Positions 49,251-62,510 of a DNA stretch of 64,000 bases are shown piece after piece. Both the position numbers and the translations under genes were made by a program. Location of the stretch: assembly GCF_006345805.1 (NCBI RefSeq), contig NC_043000.1, forward strand, positions 85,994,001 to 86,058,000, written 5' to 3'. How positions within the stretch are numbered: position 1 is the stretch's first letter; each line of letters starts with the position of its first letter. Below the pieces are notes generated by a model that was not told the origin of the DNA, searched no databases, and saw only the letters and a program-made list of their open reading frames with translations. This DNA comes from Octopus sinensis. Lineage: Eukaryota.

Positions 49251-50093
49251 AGAATAGAAAATCCTTGGTACAGTATTATAATTATTAAATTATATTATTA
49301 AAGTCGAAAAATTATTAGAAAAGCCATTTCTATTCATTTTTTTTCAATATATATATATATGTATCATTCATTGAAAAATCAAAACAGGTTGAATTAAAGA
49401 AATCTCTAGCCATGCTTCTTCTTACATTTAGACTGTAGATTTGACAAAGCCACAAAATGTTTTGTGATCTATTTTTACTCTTTGAAGTATTAAAGCTAGC
49501 AATACATTGAATTTTATCCACAAAATTACTGCTGTGCAACATCATGTTATAATCAGAAGAAACTCTTATAGGTCTAACTTCACCCAGAGACAAAGAGAAG
49601 CTCTTCTTTTTCCTTGAATGAAGGCACATTTATGAGCACTTCTCATTATTATAATGTTTACTATTATTAAGAATGAGGTTTAGGAAAATATCAGGCAATT
49701 GGTTAGAATTCTAATTAATACAACATACATTTTCAATAGGTTTTCACTAAGGATAGAATAGATTCAAATCTTGATTTATATCTAAAAAAATTATTTGAAT
49801 AATGATTGTTGACTATAATCCTTAAATTTCTTTAAACAACTTTACAAGATCTTTTTCAAGTTTTTCAAATTGCTTGCTATTTGCAGTGAGTCCATCATCT
49901 ATGTATGAGCCTGCCCTAATGTTAGGAAATTTTTGTATAATGCTAAAATATAAATCCTGATAATTTCACATAATTTTCTCTCATCAAATACTCTCATGGT
50001 GGAACATCAAACATTCCATCTCCATTTGTATTATACCAAAAAAGAATTATCAAAAAACAAAAAACGATTTTGTAACAAGGAAAATTATATTAC

Positions 50094-50172
50094 TCTCAGA
50101 ATCACTGATGGATATGATGCTATTTGCTAAGGCTAAAACTTTGAAGAGATGAGGAACATCAGTTCTATCAAA
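50094..50172 (-). CDS. Candidate exon (FDRTDVPHLFKVLALANSIISISDSE)
   Basis: Acceptor aatttacccag| and donor GAGA|gtaata. 79 nt with a protein-like frame. Confidence 0.35.
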
Positions 50173-50431
50173 CTGGGTAAATTTACATTGTTGTCTATTG
50201 TTAATATTATTAGACTGTTGTATAACCTACATATTTCACAGAGGAAAAATATAACAGTATAATTGAATCTAGAACATGTTGATTCTGTTTCTGAGGGATT
50301 AATAAGTGTGCATTTAGGGTTACTAGAAAATTAGATTTGTGATTTTTAAGGATGATAAAAGCAGTTAAAAGTGGGTAAATATTCTAATCTCTCTCCTGTC
50401 ACACATACATATACATCACATAAATAAACAG

Positions 50432-50471
<40 letters not shown>

Positions 50472-51589
50472 AGAGAGAGAGAGAGAGGGAGAGAGAGAGA
50501 AAGAGAGAGCAAACAATTTAACAATATCATCCCTATAAAGAAAAACTGATAGATGACCTGTGGGATAAAATGTGGATACAGTGAACCATTATCCATCTCT
50601 GTGGAAGACAATATGACATCATATGATCTCCATTCAAGTTTAGCTTCTTCACTCTGACTTCAAAATGTTTACAGTTTTAAGAAGGAGATAGTATATTGTG
50701 TAACATCTATTCAAGTAGCAATTTTCTAAAAAAAAATATGTTTTTATACAGCTGGACACTTTTCCAGTTGATAATACTTCAGACACAAAATATGATGTGA
50801 GCCTGTTATTTATTAGGGTGATTGAGGCAGCAAGGGTAATGATTCTGGTATGCATGCTTGAATTTATGACTATGCGTTCAATAGTCAAACATCAAAAGTT
50901 CACCTCTATTCTATTTCTCACAATCTAATCAGTTTAGTTTTTTTTCTGTTCTAGTTTGAATTTTGGGAAGACGACATTGATGATGATGGTGATGATGATG
51001 ATAATGAGGATGATGGGTTATTAGAAGGATGATTTGTAGGCCATTGATCAATATTAACTAATAACCATCAAGGTCACTAAAAATTACAGCCAGTCAAACA
51101 GAATGAAATATATTGGAAAACAGGTGTAATTCATCTTTTTGTTTCTTCTACATTTACTTATAGTTTCAACATATTTACATATACGTTAGTCTATATATGT
51201 TTAATAAGGAATGGTAGACTAACAGTTAATTTGATTCATTTATTCTTATGCACACAGAATTTATGTTTTTGTTTGATAACAAAAAAACTTTCATGTGTGA
51301 CTACAATGTGAGAGATACAATTTATTTATTTATTTATTTATTTCCAGAGGTGTAATAAAAGTATAATTTGATCGGTTTTCCCCCAAAACTATAGCAAAAG
51401 GAAAAAAACAAACAAAACAAAAATGCCCAGCAAAAATATTTGCAATGAATGTGTATACCTCTTTGAACCACATCACCCCTTAGAAAAACAGAAAATGAAG
51501 TAAAGCAAATATTACATGTGATGTGTTATGAATTATAGAAAAATATACAATGCTGTTGTTGCTGCATCAAATAATAATAATAATAATAA

Positions 51590-52641
51590 TTTTGGCACAA
51601 GGCCAGCAATTTCAAAGAGGAGTAAATCAATTGCATCAACCCAAGTACTCAACTGTTACCTATTTTATCGACCCCAAAAGAATGAACGGCAAGGACAACC
51701 TTGGTGGAATTTGAACTCGGAATGTGAAGACGTACAGAATGCCACTAAGCATTTCACCCAGTGTGCTAATGATCCTGCCAGCTCATCACTTGATAATCTT
51801 TATTAGCCAGAAATACAAAAGGAATATATTACAATACCTTGTAATAATAAACAGAAATGTTTTAGTTATTTAATTATTGAGTAGAATTTAAAGTAAAAAT
51901 ATAGACATTCTAATCTGGTCCGATATTTTCTGGATCAAGGCACACTGCAGTCAGACAAGAGTACACTATTTAATACTTGAGAGAATTACAGTTAGCTGTT
52001 TAGCATAGAGTACTAGAGAATATGAGAAGCAGAGAGTAGTACACTAAAGATTATGAGAATGAGAGATCTATCTTCCCACAGTTAGAGAAAAATTGGTTTA
52101 TGGCTGCAGGGAATTTGTCCTGAGTATCTGGTACCTATTCCTCTCAAAGGTTTAAAAGGAAGCATTTAAAATTAAGGATTTTGCACAGAGATGGTAAAGA
52201 ACGAAAAGTATTTTATTTGGGACTCTACTGTTTTAACCACTCTGCCTTGAGGATAATGATGACGATGAAGATAATAATAACAATAATAATAATGATGCTA
52301 ATAATAAGAAGCTAATAATAATAACGATAATAATAGTTTTAAATTTTGGCACAAGATCAGCAATTTTGGGGGAGGAGGCAAGTCAGTTACATTGACCCAG
52401 GTTTCAACTGGTACTTATTTTATCAACCCTGAAAGGAAGAAAGGTAAAGTTGACCTCTGTGGAATTTAAACTCAGAATGTGCAGATGGATGAATAATAAT
52501 AATAACAATAATGATAATAATTCATAAGATAGGCACAAGATTCTAAATTGGTGAAGGGGATTAGTTAATGAATTTGACTGCAGTGTTTGACTAGTACTTT
52601 AGTTCAGTTAAGTACTGAGATTGATATGATGAAGATGATGA

Positions 52642-52712
<71 letters not shown>

Positions 52713-53623
52713 ATAATAATAATAATAAACTGTTCTACTATAGGCACAAGTCTTGAAAATTTTGGGGAGAGGGTTAATCTATTACATCGAGCCCAGTACT
52801 TTTGACCTTGAAAGGATGAAAGGCAAAGTTGACTTTTGTCTTTGTAGATTATAAGTGCATGAGAACTTGTATAAACACAGGATAGAGCCAGTCATGGGGA
52901 ACAATATTGATAAAATTATATAGGGCTTTAAATTACAAATGGGTAGAATGATTTAGTGTTGTTGACTGGTCATCATTTTAGTAATCAAAGAGGCCCACAA
53001 TATTTCCATAATTGTTATAGCAGTCCCAGGTGTTCATAATGTAACAGCTAAAGAAGTTGAATAGATTACCAGTTATGTAAGCTTGGAGGTGGAACTAGAA
53101 AGAATGGGAAACACCACTACTAGAATTATTCCCGTAGTGGCAGGAGGTCCATTTCAAAGAGACTGCTACAATTCCTTAACCAATTTAGAATCAGATATGA
53201 AATTGGTACTTTACAAAAAAAAAAATAAATAAATAAAAAAGAAGAAAAAAATCTGCCTTATAAAGCACTGCTTATATTCTGCAAAAGGTTCTCTCTAGCA
53301 GAAATCTCAGACCTGATGGAAAGACCTAAAAAGAAAATCAAGTCAGTTTTTAGAAACTGAGAAGCACAAGAAGAATGATAATAATGGTTTGAAATTTTGG
53401 CAGAAGGCCAGCAATATCGGAGGATGGGGTAAGTTGATTGCATCGCCCCTAGTGCTCAACTGGTACTTATTTTATCAAGCCCAAAAGGATGAAAAGCAAA
53501 GCAGAATTTGAACTCAGAATGTAAAGATGGACGAAATTCTGCTAAGCATTTTGCCTGGTGTGCTAACGATTCTGTCAGTTTATTGCCTTAATAATAATAA
53601 TAATAATAATAACAACAACAACG

Positions 53624-53657
<34 letters not shown>

Positions 53658-54000
53658 TAATAATAATTTCTAACATAGACACAAGACTCTAAATTGGGGA
53701 GGGGCGTAGTCAATTAAATTGAATCTCGTACTGGATTAGTACTTTAATTCAGTGTAATCTGGAGTTATTTAATAATAATAATTCTTTCTAATTTTACCAC
53801 TAGGCCAGTAATTTTGAGGTGGGAGAGAGTCAACTATATTGACCCTAGTACTTGACTGGTACTTATTTTATCAAGCCCGAAAGGGTGGAAGGCAAAGTCA
53901 ACCTTGGTAGGATTTAAACTCTGAAATTGAAACCAGAAGAAATGCCATTAAACGTTTTGTCTAGCACAGTAACAATTCTGTCAGCTCACAGCTTTAATTA
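51590..54000 (-). mobile_element. Cluster of co-oriented SINE family B copies separated by (AAT)n/(TAC)n
   Basis: ggcacaag-starting copies or stubs at ~51594, 52348, 52532, 52743, 53398, 53678 and 53797. Confidence 0.75.
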
Positions 54001-54079
54001 TAATAAGGATGATGATGATGATGGTAACGATGATTATGTTGATAGTAATATTTATGTTTCTCAAGAGATAACAGATAAC

Positions 54080-57000
54080 TATAATAATGTATTTCCGCCC
54101 CAGATCTCTGTTCCTCTGGAATTTCATCTCTGTGCATGTTTTCTGTGCAAACATCAATTCCTAAATGTTCAGGAGAAATAAATGTTAACCATGCTGTTGT
54201 CACTGGGGCTGAAGGGGTTGAGGACGAAGGTAATGAATCATGTAAAAAAGAGAAAAGGTGTATTTATTAATAGGTAAGATCTTAGAACAAATTAAACTAA
54301 GTTGTGAAACAAACTTAAAACAACAACAACAACAATAAACAAAAAGCCCTGCTTTTAAATAGATCAAGCTTATAACAAAAAATGAGAGAAATTTGACATC
54401 ACAACAGATCAATATCTACAGCTGCATTTCTTTTTCCAAGCCTGTATTCCTTAATTTCACAATGTATTGTTATTGAACAATAACAATAGAAATACCATCT
54501 ATGCAGAAGAGAAGCCTGGCAGATTAAATTAAAATTTAGGAGAGTAGTCATATTAAAAGTAGATGGTTGGTAGAATCATTATAGATGGTATTTGTTCTAG
54601 CTTTCAGTATTTTGAGTCTAAATCCCACTCAGATCAAGTTTTCCTTTTATCCTTCTGGAAGCATTAAAATAAAAGACCAGTCAAGTACTAGGATCAACTT
54701 CTCTCTTTCTCAGTATAGGCTGCACTATGAGAATGACATGGGTGGGGAAACCATTACAACATCACTTTCTTCCTCTAAGAGAATTACTTTTACTTTGTCT
54801 ATATTAGAAGAATGTAATTACTAAAACTTTGGAAAAAGAATGATGATAATTGACACATTACATAACAAAGAAGGGCAGATGACTTAGATGGCACTGGTTA
54901 ATCATTTCAGAAAATTTAAGAACATGTCTGGTATGAATACCAGATGAACAATAAGCACAACTTTGAACACTGGAGAACTTAAAACAAAAGTTATTGATTG
55001 AAAACGATAGATTAAAAGACATAGTATTAGAGAAAATCAGATCTTTTAATGCTTTTTAAAATATTCCCTAAAATTTTTTTATAGAAAGATACATAGAGGT
55101 AAATAAAATATATACCAAAGAAAAGTCAGAGATAGTTTGGAAAACTTTTTAAAAGCAATAAAAATTACAGTTGGTCAGCAGTTTCTGAGCAAGTGTTATT
55201 TTAGATGTTTTTTTATTGACACTGCTTGTATGATGACAGTGACTCAAGTATTCATATGATATCAAGACTAGGAGACACAAACACATATTCAGACATACAT
55301 ATATTAAAAGCACTCTTCCTAAGAGATTATAGTATTTGAGTCAAAGTTTGGCAACTGAAAATACTCTGAAATTGTATGCATCTTAAATGTTTTGGAAACT
55401 GTTATTTAATGTATGCCACAAACTTTCAATATCCTTTTATATCAATAGGGAATAGTTTGCTTAGAAGACATTTTACTTTGAGAGCAAAAATGGTCTCAAA
55501 AAGAGACCGAAAGATGACCCATCTAACTGGTCCTTATTATTACTAGTAATTATCTTATAAAGTGCTCTCAAAAAATATTATCTAATAGGAAGATGGAACA
55601 TTTAAAAAATAATAAGTTAATCCTGATAATCATATAGATTAATTAACCAGCTATTCATTAACAGATACTTTAATAACAAGATGGCCCACTGATACAAATA
55701 TACACAAGATGAACTTGTCAAGTGCTTAAATTAATTACTAGAAAACCTCTTTGATTTAGTACTGCAAGAACTAAAATAACAGCACTTCACAAATTTAACG
55801 AGACTATGATCATCTTCAAAATAGTGATATCTGACAGATTTTATGGTCTCTAGGATGTATCATAGTGGTAGTACATCTGGTCTCAATGTTATTCTCTACA
55901 TGAGGTGAGCCTAACTCTTTTGATACATTTCTGCCTGAGACTACCCCAAGTTCTATGATACAAATTTCCTGTTTTAAAGTGATCCAAATTAAAACTTCCA
56001 TCAAAATTTCATGTTAATTTATGTTCTAAACACTGAAGTTAATTTGATAAATTCTTTATTATTTCCAAAATTAATTGAAACAAAAGCAGTGTATTTCAAC
56101 AAAAATATGGTAACAAAAGGATTAGTGCACTGCAAAAAAAAAATAAAAAGCAACAAATGGTCAGTTTGATAGTTTCTTTGATATTTTGAAATTCAAGTGC
56201 AAGTATTATTTCATTAAAATATCCTTTGGTCTGGAAAAATGCAAGCAGTTAACTACACAATGAAACAGACTGGCGAGTCTGTAAAAGATTAACTACAGAG
56301 GAGTTGGATATTCTACATTGAAAAGATATCTGGGTGTAGTAGTGGACTGGAATATAAATGATTTATTAAATTAGACACAGATACTGAAATCAGAGAGCTA
56401 AACCAGAACCACCCATAAAAATATTTAGGGAGTCATTGAACTAATACAAAACATGAAAAGAAAAGAGAAAATTAGTAATGAATACTATTGAAAGCCAAAC
56501 AAATATTAAAAATTGAATTCCATTTTAGAAATATGATAATTAGCTATCCTAGTTATAAACTACAGTTTGAACTTGATAAAGTTAAATGAACCAGAGAAGT
56601 TAGAAAACCCCAGGAAACTACTTACAGTATTCTGAAGTCATGACTTCAAAGCTGATGTAAAGAAAATATATTTTCCTGCATACAAGGAAGGTAGAAAAAA
56701 CTACAACAAAAATAATTACAGTGGGACAATAAAAATACTTAGAAGCAAGTAAAAAGAAACTGATTACTATAAGAAGGAGATATGAAGGAAACATGAAGGA
56801 GACATTCAAAAAGTTCCTGTGTATAAAAAGAAACAATAAAACATAAATTGGAAATGAACTATATTAAAGAAAATGATTGAGATAAGGACAGCAAAACAAA
56901 AGAAAAACAAAAGACAAAAATCAAAGTAGAAATTCCAAAATATAAGAAAAATGAAGAAATAAAACTATTCCATAACATCATTCCAGAAGACTCAATATGT

Positions 57001-58060
57001 TTATCCAGACAGGCAAGGAGATCAACACAAACAGTTCAGATATAATTATCAAGGGCTAGAATCAAAATGCCATGAAAGAACAATCAGCCACCTTTTCTAC
57101 ATGAATAACCTCAAGTCATATATTGTAGTGATAAGCAACTAAAAACACTGCTGCAGATGGTATATGTATTAAAGGAATTAACATGAGACTCAGATTATAA
57201 AAATGCATCAAAGCAACCTTGAAAAGAGGAAAATTAATTAAGAAGATTAATGTCATACTAGACAAAGAAACAGAGATGAGAGAATTAGATCAACTAGAAG
57301 CTTACAAAGTGGAGGCTCATGGCCTAGTGGTTAGAGCAGCAGACTCGCGATTGAGGGATCATGGGTTTGAATCTCAGATCAGGCAATGTGTGAGTTTATG
57401 AGGGAAACACCTAAGCTCCACATGGCTCTGGCAGAAGGTAATGGTGAACTTCTGCTGACTCTTTTGCCACAACTTTCTCTCACTCTTTCCTCCTGCATCT
57501 AGCAGCTCACTTCTGATGGAGTGGCGTCCTGTCCAGGTTGGGAACCTATACGCCATTGAAACCAAGAAATCTGCCCTTATGAGTCAGGCATGGCTCGAGA
57601 AGGAACAAACAACAACAAGCTTACAAATACCTAGGAATCTATGAATTAGGCTACAGTACAATATACACAAATGAAGTAAAATGTTATGAAAGGACTATCA
57701 TAGATTCATTAGATATACACCTAAAATAAAGCTAAAACAAAAATAACATGAGAGACATCAATATTTAAGCTGTCCTTGTAGTAAGTTGTAGTTATAATAT
57801 TTTCAGCTGAATGCTAAATAAATTAGCAAGACTAGACAGAAAAAAAAACTCGAAGGGAGTAATAACTGCATTTAGAATACACCATACAAAATCTGACAGA
57901 AAAAGAATGTATACACCATGAACCTAGTGGGGGGACTGAAACGCTCTATTAAAAAATTATCATCAAATATCTAGTGAAGAACAATGGGAAACTGATACAA
58001 ATAGCTACAAAACACAAACAAAAGAATTGCAATCTCTTTTCAAGAAAGCCAACAAATACA
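54080..58060 (+). mobile_element. Fragmented R4/Dong-type RLE LINE remnants (further pieces at ~52860-53200 and ~63030-63400)
   Basis: Decayed motifs across frames: N.AVPVV.YSFN...W...LDRKTRK, HH.K.D.DR.Y...GGRGL-like, HWKLSELKNFDRKTRKLL, and a .TD.EI..N..DI.I RLE-like motif. Confidence 0.55.
57311..57618 (+). mobile_element. tRNA-derived SINE, fourth family, with (ACA)n tail
   Basis: A box tggcctagtggttag, B box gggtttgaatctc, and a gatggagtggcgtcctgtccagg block. Confidence 0.7.
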
Positions 58061-58849
58061 GAAAAAGTATCAGACAGATCATTATCATTTTTATGTTAAT
58101 TTTTCTAACTGGTATTAGTTGGGTAGCTTATAACAGTTTGAATCAGTTCTTATCTGGAGATTCTGTCCTCCTACACAGATCAGGGACCATGTTTTGTTAG
58201 TATGTTCCATTTTGTTATGATTTCTATGGCTGGATGTCTTTGATACAAAGCAATTTACAGAGTGTACTGGGTACATTTTATCATGGCACCAGTGGTAAAA
58301 AGTGAAAGGGCTTTGCATGTTCTCAACAAAACTAAAGAGTTTTATATTTCTGGACATGTTCCCTGTAACAGTAAACCAATTTTTCTCTATGGGAAGGTAG
58401 ATCACTCATCTTCATAATGCTGCTGAATCCCTAGTGCACATCTCCTTGCTTCTAGTACTCTCTAGTACTCTATGCTATACCTGTTTGCAGATTGTACTGG
58501 GCACATTTTATTGTTGCATCAGCACTAGAAAGGTCGTCTTGTTTGCTGCAAGACTAAAGCATACTCTCTACTCTATATTGTCCCTGTTGTTTCAAAGCAA
58601 ACATGACTTAGAGGTGAACAGAAAAGAAAGGGATAACCAAAGGGTGAAAGGTAAGAGGATGTGAGTAAAAATGTAAGATGTAAGAGACCCAGTGTTGATA
58701 TACTGTACATGTCAATTTTCCTTGCCACTACTATTTTAATGATAGTTTTAACATGCTTGTACTGGAAGGAACAACTTCTCCAGTCCTACATGTCACTACT
58801 TGTCATGGTTCTTTGTCATCCCCTCTGTAAGTTACTGCTTCTTGAGATC

Positions 58850-59800
58850 AGTCTTCCCTACTTCATCCCATGTCTCTTCTTTATACAACTGACATCCTTC
58901 ATACACATCACACACCCATATTGATGCAGTTTTCTCTTGTAAACTAGATCTCATTTCTTTTATGTTCAACTTTCCTCCCAATTCCTCTGTGCTCGATTGT
59001 TCATGCAAATTAAAATTACACATCCAGAAAAACTTTCTCACTTCATTTCTTTCTAGCCACTGCAAACCTACTGCAAGGTGGCAAGAGGCTCACATTTTGC
59101 TACCATGAAGCATCTCACTTTGTAATCAACATCATATAGTCGATCCTAAAGCAAAATCTACAATCAGAGGTAATATCTACTTGGATTTTTCCACCACGTT
59201 CTTACTCTGTTACTATTAAGCTTTCAAAACACTCACTTCCACAGTCAGTTGAAAGACTTATTTTGCGTGCTAACTACTCCTGTGAATCTGCTACATACAA
59301 AGTCTACCCTCTCTGTCAACCTACCTATGATCCTATTACATCCCTTGATCATTTAAAGGATTACACTGAGTACATCGTATAAATTTTCTCCTTTTCTACA
59401 TATTGACTTTAGCCATTTTCCCCAATAGTATCATCTTCTTTTCTGTTAACTAAAACTTCACTCATTGCTAAGATTACTTCAAAAGCCTATAGATTCCAGG
59501 TTTTACTTGTACGTCTTGAATTTTGTCTATAAATCTTCTACAGATTTTGTTATAAGAACTAGGTCATCAACATCCAGAAGTTGTCACAGACAGCTGATAC
59601 TGAATTCCTCCATTATGGCCTGGAAGAAGGATTATAATAAACCAGAGGAAAAGGTAAGAACTGAGTATTGATGGACCTCTACCTATATGCTAAATTTATT
59701 GAGAAACTCATTGCTAGCTCTTACCTTACTGACTGGGACAGGTAAATGGCTATATGTTTCTTTCAACTATTTATCTACACCTAGTTTCCTTACTGATCAC
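58850..59800 (+). mobile_element. Very decayed CR1/L2-like LINE remnant
   Basis: Only partial motif echoes (AWKK...KP...; K.IEKL). Confidence 0.3.
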
Positions 59801-60330
59801 CAAATTACAGAGCATGTCTCCAAATAGTGTTGGCAAGGGAAATCAGGAAAGGAAATGCCTCCTAAATGAAATCTTAGCCCCCACCAGAGGATAATGTATT
59901 TCTCAAAAAAAAAAAAAAAAAAAAAGAGAAATTATCCATATTTTAAAGTCAGGAGATAACAAGAATTTAGGGATTGAAAATAGAAGCAACACTTTGAACC
60001 TTGAGAATGATTATAAGATACAAATACATAACAAAGTCCCCAAGATTTCATTATTTCATGTTGCTTCAATTCACTCAGCTGTAAATGTGAAACACTATAA
60101 CAGACTGGCATTACATTCAATGGGGAATGTTGGCCTCCCTGCCTAGCTAATGGGGTGGCATCATTCAAAATCTACACCGATGTGAAGAAATGCATTGTGA
60201 CTAGTGGTGGATAACAATATCCAATAGTCTGGTTGATACAGTAATAAAGAAGTGTGCGTGTGTGTGTGTGCGCACGTGCGCGTGTATCTGTGCATGTGTA
60301 TATGTGTACATATGTGTGTATATATATTAT

Positions 60331-60690
60331 AGGTGCAGGCATGGTTGTGTGGTAAGAAGCCTGCTTCCCAACCACATGATTCTGGGTTCAGTCCCACTGC
60401 ATGGCATCTTTGGCAAGTGTCTTCTATAGTTTTGGGCTGATCAAAGCCTTGTGACAAAAACTGAAAGAAGACTGTCGTATATATATGTGTGTATATGTCT
60501 ATGTGTATGTCTTTGTGTCTGTGTTTGTTCCCTTCCCCACCATTTGACAACCAATGTTGGTGTGCTTACATCCCTGTAACTTAACTGTACTAGGTTTAAA
60601 AAAAGTCCAGGGGCAATTTGTTTGATTAAAACCGTCAAGGCAATGCCCCAGCATGGCTGCAGTCTAATGACTGCAACAAGTAAAAGAATA
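60331..60690 (+). mobile_element. SINE family A
   Basis: Similarity to 8641-9086. Confidence 0.75.
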
Positions 60691-60709
60691 GAAGAATATA
60701 TATATATAC

Positions 60710-61260
60710 GGTGATCCTACACAATGAAGGACTTCTCAAATACTTCCTAGACCTTCGACCCAACTCCCAACCCGACATGCCTATACTTCTTTGCCTGGCT
60801 GAACATGTTCTCTCCCTCAACTGCTTCTCACTTGCAGGGGTGTTTCACCAACAGGTCTCGGGAGTGGCCATGGGAACAAGAGCGGGGCCCCAACTATGAG
60901 AACCTATTCATTGGCTATGTTGAGGCCCAAATATTTTCAAGATTTACTGGTCCCATTCCTGAACTATATGGTCATTATATTGATGACTGTATCGGTGCAA
61001 TCTCACTCTCCTGTGAACAGCTAAACTCCTTCCTCTCTTTTGTCCAATCCTTCTATCCTGCCCTCGAATTCTCCTGCACCATTTCCAACACTTCCATCAC
61101 CTTTCTCGACATATTGGTCAACATACACAACTCCACTTTCACTATCTTCATCCACTACAAACACACCGACTCACACTCATACCTCAACTTCTCCTCCTCC
61201 CACCCTACCCACACCAAGCTCTCCATCCCCTACTCCCAATTCCCCCATCTGTGCAGGCTG
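60710..61260 (+). mobile_element. Penelope-like reverse transcriptase fragment
   Basis: QVSGVAMGT..GPNY.NLF.G, YIDDC, FLDI.V, YK.TDSHSYLNFSSSHP.HTK.SIPYSQF. Confidence 0.9.
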
Positions 61261-61269
61261 AAAATGTGC

Positions 61270-62440
61270 AGAAAACAGCTTCTGTCACATGCCAGTGGGG
61301 AAAAGTAGAAGTAGTTGATAGCTTCCATTAGCTAGGTGACCAAGTCAGTAGTGGGAGTGGATGCTCTGAGAGTGTAGCTGCTAGAATAAGAATAGCTTGG
61401 GCAAAGTTCAGAGAGGTCCTATCTTTGCTGGTGACAAAGGGTGTCTTGCTCAGAGTAAAAGGTAGACTGCATGATGCATGTGTGTGAACAGCTATGCTAC
61501 ATGGGCAGTGAAACATGGGGTGTGACTACTGAGGACATGCGTAAGCTTGCAAGGAATGAAGCTAGTATGCTCTGCTAGATGTGTAATGTCAGTGTGCATA
61601 CACGACAGACTGTATGCACACTGAGAGAAAAGTTGGACATAAGAAGCATCAAATGTGGTTGCAAGAGAGATGATTGTGCTGGGATAGTCATGTGCTGTAT
61701 ATGGAAGAGGACAGCTGTGTGAAAAAGTGTCACACACTAGCAGTAGAGGGAACCTGTGGAAGAGGTAGACCCAGGAAAACCTGAGATGAGGTGGTGAAGC
61801 ATGACTTTCAAATATTGGGCCTCACAGAGGCAATGACAAGTGACCAAGACCTTTGGAGATATGCTGTGCTTGAGAAGACCTGGTAAGCCAAGTGAGACTA
61901 TAACTGTGGCCTATGCCAGTGCATCATAACCAGCCCATTTAAGAGTACCCTTCAATTATTGGGCAATAAACTACACTTGCAAAGACTTGTTGAGTCAAAT
62001 AAAGTTATTGTTGTGGCTGATGACAGTACCACCTGATTGGCACTTGTGCTGGTGGCATGTAAAAAAGCACCATTTGAGCGTGGTCGATGCCAGCACTGCC
62101 TGATTGGTCTCATGCTGGTAGCATGTAAAAAACACCATTCAAGTGTGGTCACTGCCAGTGCCGCCTGACTTGTGCATGTGCCAATGGCATGTAAACAGCA
62201 CCATTTGAGTGTGGTCAATGCCAGTACCGCCTGACTGGCACTCATGCTGGTAGCATGTAAAAGCACCCACCACACTCTCAGAATGATTGGTGTTAGGAAG
62301 GGCATCCAGCTATAGAAACTTTGCCAGATCAGATTAGATGCTGGTGCAGCCTTCTGGCTTGCCAGCCCTCAGTCAAACTGTCCAATCCATGCCAGCATGG
62401 AGAGTGGACGTTAAACGACGATGACGATGATGGCGGTGGC
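61270..62440 (+). mobile_element. 5'-truncated RTE (BovB-like) LINE with 3' UTR and (GAT)n tail
   Basis: ARIRIAWAKFRE...LHGSETW...RNEASML..., EGT.GRGRPRKT.DEVV..D...L; the UTR ends ttaaacgacgatgacgatgat. Confidence 0.85.
62055..62270 (+). repeat. 66-bp tandem repeat (3 units plus partial) in the RTE 3' UTR
   Basis: gcatgtaaa starts at 62055, 62121, 62187 and 62253. Confidence 0.85.
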
Positions 62441-62463
62441 AGCAGCAGTGTGTGTGTGTGTGT

Positions 62464-62510
<47 letters not shown>

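Noticed and set aside
49330-49629. 99-aa minus-strand ORF
   Set aside because: No recognisable motif and no convincing acceptor; left uncalled.
54166-54230. Plus-strand exon-like segment GEINVNHAVVTGAEGVEDE
   Set aside because: Lies at the start of the R4/Dong-type remnant and is better explained as its decayed 5' ORF; no other plus-strand gene is supported.
62055-62270. CRISPR-like look of the 66-bp array
   Set aside because: The spacers are homologous to each other, the context is a eukaryotic LINE UTR, and there are no cas genes.
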